The translations under genes and the position numbers were made by a program. From Synechococcus sp. (lineage in GTDB: Bacteria; Cyanobacteriota; Cyanobacteriia; PCC-6307; Cyanobiaceae): DNA of 64,000 nucleotides. Numbering within the stretch: position 1 is the stretch's first letter; each line of letters opens with the position of its first letter. The notes under the pieces were generated by a model that did not search any database, had not been told where the DNA came from, and was given only the letters and a program-made list of their open reading frames with translations. Below, piece after piece: positions 57,627 through 64,000 of this stretch. The stretch lies in NCBI GenBank assembly GCA_047284725.1, contig JBJBEO010000001.1, positions 1,752,203 to 1,816,202 of the forward strand, written 5' to 3'.

Positions 57627-58919
57627 TTGACTCCGAAATCGTTCTGCCTATCGCTGCGATGCGGACTCTCAACGACGGCCATCGCCATGGTGATCAGCGG
57701 CTGCGCCTCCGCACAACTGCCCAGTTGCGTGATCGGCCTGGAGGCACCCACCCCAGAGCAACGTCAGCGCTGGGAGGCTGCTCCTCAGGTCACCAGCCTC
57801 GACCTGGGCATTGATGGCAGCAGTTCCATGTTGGGGCTCACAGGCTCAGCCGACAGCGCACGGGCCTGGAAGGGCCTGCTCAAAGGCGTCAGCCTGGGTG
57901 CCGCGGCCAACGGGCTCAGCCTGAAGACCCAACGCATCGGCAGCGGTCGCGGCAGCACGGTCTCCAGCCCGATGCAAGCCGCCGACGCCTGTTTCTTTCA
58001 GGGGTGTGGTGCCTTTGCAGCGGTGACCTCCAGCCTTGAATCGCTCTGGAGCAGCCCAGGCCTCAGCCAGGGCAAGCCACCTCTTCGCCTCGCCATCAGC
58101 GATCTGGAGGTGAACGATGGCGACATCGCCAACCTCGTGGGAGCCATCCGACCACATGTGGAGCAGGGAGCCGTGATCGGCGTGCTTGCCGTTCGGCTGC
58201 CATTCGCAGGCAGGGTGTACAACAGCCAGGGCACCGTGATCCACGAGGGCACAGCGGAACGCCCCACCTACCTGCTGGCGACAGGGCCGCGCTCCCAGGT
58301 GCACAACCTGCTCAAAGACGTGAAAACGAAAGCAGCCCTGGCGGGGGTGCCGACAGGCTCCATGCACCTCACCCTGCTGGATGAGCAGGCCAATGCACCC
58401 ACCCTGGTGGCGAAGAGCATCGCGGGCGACAACAGCGGTTACGGCCAGCCGTTGCGTCTCGGAACAACCACCTTCAGCCCGAGTGGCAATGGAAAGTACC
58501 AATTCGCAAGGCTGTTTGAGGGAGCCAATCGTGTCGTTCTCAGCAGCGGAGTGGGCGTCAGCGCCCAAGCGCCGCTGCTGCCCGACCTCGGCCTGATCAA
58601 TGTGCTGCCGGTGGCCTTGCCTGGCACCTCAAGCCACAGCAGCGGCGTGGATGTGGATGGATTCCAGGTGAACGGCACTGACTTGAGCGTGGGCTTGGGG
58701 ATCGCCGACACCACCATCGGCGGGGCCGTGCGGGCGACGGTTGCTCGCGGCCAACTTCCGGAAAGCTGGTGGGTGCGTTGGAATCGCCTGACCCCCAAAG
58801 CAGAGGACGCACGGAATCAAACTGACGGATTATTGCTGTTGCTCACAAGTTTGAGCCAGTTGATGGTTCAAAATGGCACCACTCCAGCCGCGTCTCTCTG
58901 CCTGGCTTTCAGTCGGTAA
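57627..58919 (+). CDS. Lipoprotein with vWA-like (MIDAS) domain
   Basis: ISGC lipobox, IDGSSSM (DxSxS), AISDLE, F.G.VY...RP.Y. Confidence 0.7.
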   Translation: MTPKSFCLSLRCGLSTTAIAMVISGCASAQLPSCVIGLEAPTPEQRQRWEAAPQVTSLDLGIDGSSSMLGLTGSADSARAWKGLLKGVSLGAAANGLSLKTQRIGSGRGSTVSSPMQAADACFFQGCGAFAAVTSSLESLWSSPGLSQGKPPLRLAISDLEVNDGDIANLVGAIRPHVEQGAVIGVLAVRLPFAGRVYNSQGTVIHEGTAERPTYLLATGPRSQVHNLLKDVKTKAALAGVPTGSMHLTLLDEQANAPTLVAKSIAGDNSGYGQPLRLGTTTFSPSGNGKYQFARLFEGANRVVLSSGVGVSAQAPLLPDLGLINVLPVALPGTSSHSSGVDVDGFQVNGTDLSVGLGIADTTIGGAVRATVARGQLPESWWVRWNRLTPKAEDARNQTDGLLLLLTSLSQLMVQNGTTPAASLCLAFSR

Positions 58920-58934
58920 TTCCTGACCAGAACG

Positions 58935-59471
58935 ATGCGAATTCTGCAGTTCATCACCCTTGCCCTGTCGGTTGCTCTTGGCATGGTGTGGATTTTTATT
59001 GTTCAAAACTCGATCTTTCTGCATGTTTTGGCTGGTCCCTTGAGTGGACCTGGCATGAATGTTGTTGACTTCCTGCAGATCGGCAGCAGTCCCGCCTTCA
59101 CCGTGTTCTGGGCTGGCTGCATCTCAGCGCTGCTGATCTGGTTTGTGATCACGCTGAGCTCGCGCCCCCGCAGCTCCGCCCAGACCCGGGGCATGCAACC
59201 GATGTGGTGGCTGGCAGCGGCCCTGCTCACCCTGTTCGGCTGGCTGTGCCTGGGCTGGTTCACAGCATTCAGCTGGACCATGAGTGGTGTCAGCCCGATC
59301 GCAGGCTCTGCTCAACTCTTTTTTCCACTTCCCCCGGGTGGGTGGCTGATGCTGATGGGATTTGTGATGCTCGATGTGATCCTGCTGTTCTGGTTACCCA
59401 CCCTGGTCGCGTCGCCTCGCACCTACCGCTTCGTGGTGCCCGGAGCCGTCACCCTTCTGGGCAGTCGCTGA
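58935..59471 (+). CDS. Integral membrane protein (about 4 TM)
   Basis: Hydrophobic ORF ending 1 bp before the tubulin-like gene. Confidence 0.8.
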   Translation: MRILQFITLALSVALGMVWIFIVQNSIFLHVLAGPLSGPGMNVVDFLQIGSSPAFTVFWAGCISALLIWFVITLSSRPRSSAQTRGMQPMWWLAAALLTLFGWLCLGWFTAFSWTMSGVSPIAGSAQLFFPLPPGGWLMLMGFVMLDVILLFWLPTLVASPRTYRFVVPGAVTLLGSR

Positions 59472-59472
59472 G

Positions 59473-60972
59473 ATGAAACAGATTTTCGCCATCGGCGTCG
59501 GCGGCACCGGCGCTAAATGCATCGAGGCGCTGGTGCATCTCCATGCCTGCGGATTGCTCACCGATCAAGACGGCAACCCAGCCCGATTGGGGGTGTTTCT
59601 GGTGGAGCCGGATCAGCAGAGTGCTCTGCTGCTCCGTGCCCAGACAGCGATCAACCGCTACGGCTCCCTGCGCCGGGCCGTGGGACGTCAAAGCGACCGG
59701 TTTGCCCGCGCCGAACTGCGGGATTACGGCCAGTGGAGTCCACTGAGCACAGCCTCCGGTGCCATCAGCCTCGATCAGGTCTTCCCCAAGGCGGTGCTGC
59801 GCACCCAGGCGCCAGGGGTGGCGGCTTTGTTTGATTGCCTCTTCCCCCCCGAGGAGCAGAGTGCCGACCTGGAAGTGGGGTTCCGCGGCCGACCACCGAT
59901 CGGATCGGCAGTGATGAGCCGCATCAGCCTCGAGCAGGAGGCTCAGGTGGGCCAATGGCAGCAGATGCTGAGCGACATCCAGACCGCCGCCGGCAGCGGC
60001 GAAGCACCGGTGGTGCATCTCTTCGGCAGTGTGTTCGGCGGCACCGGCGCCTCCGGGGTCCCCACCCTCGGCCAGCTGCTCAAAAACTGGCTGAAGCGAC
60101 AGGGGCTCACCAGCGTCCAGGTGCAGGCGTCACTGCTGCTGCCCTACTTCGATTTCGAGGGGATGGCCGACGACGACACCGGTGTGCACGCCGAATCACG
60201 CAACTTCCAGCTCAACACGGACGCCGCCCTGCAGTACCTCCGCACCAGCGGTCGCGCCTGCTTCGATCGGGTCTATCTGGTGGGGAGCGACATCAAGGCG
60301 CGCTACGGCTTCAGCATCGGTGGCACGTCCCAATCGAATGCCGCCCACATGGTGGAACTGCTGGCGGCCCTCGGGGTGTGTCATCCCGGCACGACAAGCA
60401 ATGGCTATGCCCATGTGCTCAGCCGGACGGAGCAGCAGAGCATGGGCTGGGAAGACCTGCCCGACAACGAGATGGTGGGCGATGCCCTGGCCCGCGGCGC
60501 TCGCTTCGCCGTGGCATGGCGCAACAACATCACCCGTGAGATCAATGAGGCCCAGAAGGTGCCGATGCGCACCTTCCTCAGTGGTGCGCCATGGGCGCGG
60601 CGCTTCTTCCATCCTTCCGGGTCGGGCACCGACCGAGGCATGCGGCCTGGCATCCGTGACAAGGAACAGCTCACGGTGCAGAACGCCATTGATCAGTACT
60701 GCGACACACTGCTGCAGTGGCTCAACCAGGTTTCGAGCAACCTCGGCAGTGGATTCCGCCAGGAGCTGTTCACCGCCTCACTGCTAAGGCCCAGTGACCG
60801 CTTCGAGAACAACCTCAGCCGCGTGGTGAAAGGCAAGGCGAGGCCCCGCCGCCCCGAAGCCTCCGACACGGTGGAAGCGATCAAGGTGCGGATGGATCAG
60901 CTCAAGAGTGATGCCATCTCCCATCGCGGCATGGCCGGCCTTGCCGATTGTCTCTGGTCTCTTGTGGTCTGA
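59473..60972 (+). CDS. Divergent FtsZ/tubulin-like GTPase (Tubulin_2-type)
   Basis: T1-like IGVGGTG, GFRGRPPIG, T4 signature GSVFGGTGASG, LLLPYF, GG.SQ.N..H..EL.AAL. Confidence 0.85.
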   Translation: MKQIFAIGVGGTGAKCIEALVHLHACGLLTDQDGNPARLGVFLVEPDQQSALLLRAQTAINRYGSLRRAVGRQSDRFARAELRDYGQWSPLSTASGAISLDQVFPKAVLRTQAPGVAALFDCLFPPEEQSADLEVGFRGRPPIGSAVMSRISLEQEAQVGQWQQMLSDIQTAAGSGEAPVVHLFGSVFGGTGASGVPTLGQLLKNWLKRQGLTSVQVQASLLLPYFDFEGMADDDTGVHAESRNFQLNTDAALQYLRTSGRACFDRVYLVGSDIKARYGFSIGGTSQSNAAHMVELLAALGVCHPGTTSNGYAHVLSRTEQQSMGWEDLPDNEMVGDALARGARFAVAWRNNITREINEAQKVPMRTFLSGAPWARRFFHPSGSGTDRGMRPGIRDKEQLTVQNAIDQYCDTLLQWLNQVSSNLGSGFRQELFTASLLRPSDRFENNLSRVVKGKARPRRPEASDTVEAIKVRMDQLKSDAISHRGMAGLADCLWSLVV

Positions 60973-61016
60973 ACCCACAACAGTCGTTCGATCACTCCCC
61001 AGCACCCTCTCAAGCC

Positions 61017-64000
61017 ATGACCTCCTCTCCCTCGCAGGACATCGTTCAGATTCCCTGGTTCCCGAAAACCGATCCACCCCTCGGAGGCGGAGCCCAGGCT
61101 GGGGAATGGCAGGGGCGTGACCAGCAGAGCCTCGGCACGATCGCCAAGAGCCTCGTCTACGAGGTGGCGACATCACGGGTGAATTCACTGCCATCGCCCT
61201 GGTCACGGGCACTGCAGTTCGAGCAGGCGGTGCTGAACTCGCGCTACCCCACGCGCGATTCCCTGCTGGAGGAGCTGTTTGGGGGCATGGCCTGTCTCGG
61301 CCTCTGGGAGATGTTTGGCCTGCGCCTCGATGCCCAGCGGGTCTCCCTGCTGGACCATGCCGACCTGCAGGACGATGCGGTCGGGCCGTTCTCCCGCAGC
61401 CTGGCCGCCTCGCTCCCTGATGGACGCAACGCCCTGTCACGCCAACCGGAGGGACGGAACCCCTGGGAAGTGGTGTATGTGTTCACCCTGCAGGGAAGCG
61501 TGGTGGGCTTCAGCTCCCCCAGCACGCTGTTCTGCCCGGCCGTTCACCTGCCTCAGCCGATTCAGGGGATGGGCTGGACCAACAGCGGACGCTTCACCTC
61601 CCCCGTGGATTTTCTGGGTGCTCCCCAGCGCCAGGCCCTGGGGGATTGGTTCAGCCACGTGAAAAACGGCATGCTCAATGCGAGCGATCTGCACAGTCAG
61701 ACCAGCGCTGGACAGATGGCCGAAGTGCTGGATCTGTTCATTCACCGGCTCACCGCGGGCCGGCTCGGCACGCCCACCCTGTCCGACACCGGACGGGTCG
61801 CCAATCTTCCCTCCAATCCGGTGGCCCTGTCGCTGCTGGCCAGGCCGGCCAAAGGCGGCGTCAGCGCCAGCCAGGCAACGCTGGAACTGGGCGATCGGCT
61901 CCAGGCACCGCTCGGTGACACCCCCGCCAGCCAGCCGGTGGTGCTGGTGGACCCCGACATGCCCAACAAGCTTGGGGTGAGCGCGGCCGACATCTGCCTC
62001 TACAAATCGGCGACGTTGGAGTCGATCGGCTTCGATCCAGGCCAGCTCGATCGCCAGTACGGCAAAGAGATCACGGTGCTCACCCCTGATCAGATCTTTC
62101 TGGATGAGCTCTATCTGGTCGCAGGAGAACAAGCGCTTCAGAACTCCTGGCTTCCCAGCCGGCTGGAGGGCGTGCCGCGGGTGAACGGCGAGGCTGTCAC
62201 CCCCCTGCTCCCCCTGCGTCCGGAGATCCGCCGACTGTTCAGCAGCCGTGAGCTCAGGGAGCGCTGCCAGCTGCGGGTGATGCAATCCAGCGTCAGCAAT
62301 GAGGTGGAAGTGAGGCTCAGCCTTCCCCTGCAAGGCCAGCGTGAGGGCTATTCGCTGGCTCGCTCCTACCCCCTGAAGGAGCAGAACCTGGTGGCGGAAG
62401 ACCTGCCCGTGATCACCCTCTGGCCCTACGTCAGCGATGAACGCTGGCGCCTCTATTACCTGTTCTGCGAAGACAGTCCGTCGGCGCTGACCGTGGATGG
62501 CTTCAGCGATTACGACCGCAAGCTGGGCCGAGATAACCAGCAGGTGGTGAAGTATTTCACCACCCAGCACTTCCCCGACCTGGTGCGCCTGAGCGAGCGC
62601 GGTCAGGATCGAGGCCTGCTGCCGGTGACCCCGCCGGCCTCGTGCCCGGATGTGGGCACCCAGTGGCAGGTCGGCATCGACTTCGGCACCTCCTTCACCA
62701 ACTTCTTCATCGATGAGGGGGGCGGGCCGGAGCGCCGGCACCTCGAGACACGGGTGATTTCCCTCACCCTGTCGCAGAAGGAAGAACGTCAGCGACTGCT
62801 CAACCAGTACTTCGTTCCCGAGGAAATGCTGCCCAACACCGACAGGGCCAGCAATCCCCCCACCGCCACGGCCATCAGCCTGCGCGGCTGGCAGGAAGTG
62901 CTCGGTCAGGTGCCTGAGCTCTTCCATGAGGCCCGGCTGCGGGTGCCCAGCCCCGGTGAATTCGGTGGGGCTGAATTACGCACGGGCTTCAAATGGGAGC
63001 AGATGCAGTACCAGAAACCCTTCCTTAAAGAGGTGGCGCTGCTGGTCAGTGCCAACGCCGCTGCCAACGGTGCCCAGGAACTGCAGTGGTCGGTGTCGTA
63101 TCCCAGCGCCTTCTCCCCCAATGAAGTGGCCCGCTACCGGCGGGTGTGGGTCGAGCTCTGCGATGACCTCAACCAACTCACCGGCCTGCGCCATGCCCTC
63201 AATGCCAAAGCCGGAGAGGGGGGACTGCAAACCGAGGCTGTGGCCTTCGCCAGCTACTTCGGCAACTTCCAGAACCGCCAGATGGTGCACACCTCCTGCC
63301 TCGACGTGGGTGGAGGCACCACCGACATCTCGATCTGGCAAGACAACCGACTGATCCATCAGGTGTCTGTGCCGTTTGCAGGGCGCGACATCAGTTCGCA
63401 GCTGCTGCGCCGCAAACCGTCGTTCCTCAAGTCGCTGTTTCCACCGAGCCTCACCGCCGACATCAGCGACGACGAAGCCAAAGCCCGTCAGGACCGCAAC
63501 TTCACCAGCCGCCTCGACAACATCATGCGCTACGGCTCCGATGAGCTGCTCGCCGGCCGGCTCGACATGCTGGTGAATCAGGAGTCGACCCTTCAGGAAC
63601 CGCTGCAGCAATTCCTCAGTCTGCTGTCGGTGAGTTTTGCGGGGATCTACCACTACCTGGGTCAGGTGCAGCAGGTGCTGCGCGACGAAGGCAAACTGAC
63701 CCGTCGCACGCCGACGCCGGTCTACATCGGTGGCAATGGCGGACGTTTGATCAACTGGATTGATGCCAGTTCTCGTTTCCAGAAGGGGGGCGATCCCGAC
63801 CGCCTGATGGAGCGGATGCAGATCAAGGCCTCCGGATGCGACGCCGGCAACGCCTGCACCACCCTGTCGGATGCCTACAAGGATGAAACCGCCTGCGGCC
63901 TGATCAGTTCGGGCGTGAATCTGATCGGCGACTTTGATCCCCGTGACGACGTCATGGTCTGCGGGGCCAGTCTGGTGGTGAATGACCTGCACTTCGCGTG
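61017..64000 (+). CDS. Large protein (>990 aa, 3'-partial) with actin/Hsp70-fold ATPase domain
   Basis: Starts MTSSPSQDIV. In-frame motifs: SLPSPWSR, VGIDFGTSFT (62670), TEAVA, LDVGGGTTD (63300), YIGGNGG (63723). Absent from the ORF track, consistent with no stop before the window end. Confidence 0.85.
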   Translation, partial: MTSSPSQDIVQIPWFPKTDPPLGGGAQAGEWQGRDQQSLGTIAKSLVYEVATSRVNSLPSPWSRALQFEQAVLNSRYPTRDSLLEELFGGMACLGLWEMFGLRLDAQRVSLLDHADLQDDAVGPFSRSLAASLPDGRNALSRQPEGRNPWEVVYVFTLQGSVVGFSSPSTLFCPAVHLPQPIQGMGWTNSGRFTSPVDFLGAPQRQALGDWFSHVKNGMLNASDLHSQTSAGQMAEVLDLFIHRLTAGRLGTPTLSDTGRVANLPSNPVALSLLARPAKGGVSASQATLELGDRLQAPLGDTPASQPVVLVDPDMPNKLGVSAADICLYKSATLESIGFDPGQLDRQYGKEITVLTPDQIFLDELYLVAGEQALQNSWLPSRLEGVPRVNGEAVTPLLPLRPEIRRLFSSRELRERCQLRVMQSSVSNEVEVRLSLPLQGQREGYSLARSYPLKEQNLVAEDLPVITLWPYVSDERWRLYYLFCEDSPSALTVDGFSDYDRKLGRDNQQVVKYFTTQHFPDLVRLSERGQDRGLLPVTPPASCPDVGTQWQVGIDFGTSFTNFFIDEGGGPERRHLETRVISLTLSQKEERQRLLNQYFVPEEMLPNTDRASNPPTATAISLRGWQEVLGQVPELFHEARLRVPSPGEFGGAELRTGFKWEQMQYQKPFLKEVALLVSANAAANGAQELQWSVSYPSAFSPNEVARYRRVWVELCDDLNQLTGLRHALNAKAGEGGLQTEAVAFASYFGNFQNRQMVHTSCLDVGGGTTDISIWQDNRLIHQVSVPFAGRDISSQLLRRKPSFLKSLFPPSLTADISDDEAKARQDRNFTSRLDNIMRYGSDELLAGRLDMLVNQESTLQEPLQQFLSLLSVSFAGIYHYLGQVQQVLRDEGKLTRRTPTPVYIGGNGGRLINWIDASSRFQKGGDPDRLMERMQIKASGCDAGNACTTLSDAYKDETACGLISSGVNLIGDFDPRDDVMVCGASLVVNDLHFA

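Noticed and set aside
59473..60972. Calling this gene ftsZ
   Set aside because: Lacks the canonical FtsZ NTD, T7 loop and C-terminal peptide, and is not in a dcw context.
61437..63992. Long minus-strand ORFs 61437-62927 and 62976-63992
   Set aside because: Antisense to the plus-strand actin-fold gene, which carries the recognisable motifs.
1..64000. tRNA, rRNA, transposase or prophage genes
   Set aside because: None recognised by eye; a covariance or HMM search could still find short ones.

Overview
GC-rich DNA, most likely from a marine picocyanobacterium (Synechococcus-like). This rests on the ocp-crtW-frp operon, CAAD/DUF3104/DUF1651 proteins and cyanobacterial LexA and Zur boxes. (1) 1-10.7 kb is a partly decaying defence island: type I hsdS, mrr, an rmuC remnant, an AT-rich KAP-NTPase gene with the structure of an integron gene cassette (GTTAGAT core 5', full attC 3'), nonsense-disrupted EVE-like-HNH and HNH-HIT genes, a Phd/VapC TA pair, a CBS-HEPN-like gene and DUF429. 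(2) 10.7-45 kb holds mixed accessory metabolic, photoprotection and small genes, with pseudogenes, a candidate structured leader RNA and a duplicated ~210-bp element. (3) 45-50.7 kb is a Zur-linked metal-uptake cluster. (4) 51.6-64 kb is the most unusual locus. Four membrane proteins share a prepilin-like GFS(N/T)Q(Q/H)xLLxLLxxFPLG N-terminus and are interleaved with two peptidoglycan amidases and a Zn peptidase. An operon follows encoding a vWA lipoprotein, a membrane protein, a divergent FtsZ/tubulin-like GTPase and a >990-aa actin/Hsp70-fold ATPase that runs off the window and is absent from the ORF track. All family assignments are from motifs read by eye; no searches were run.
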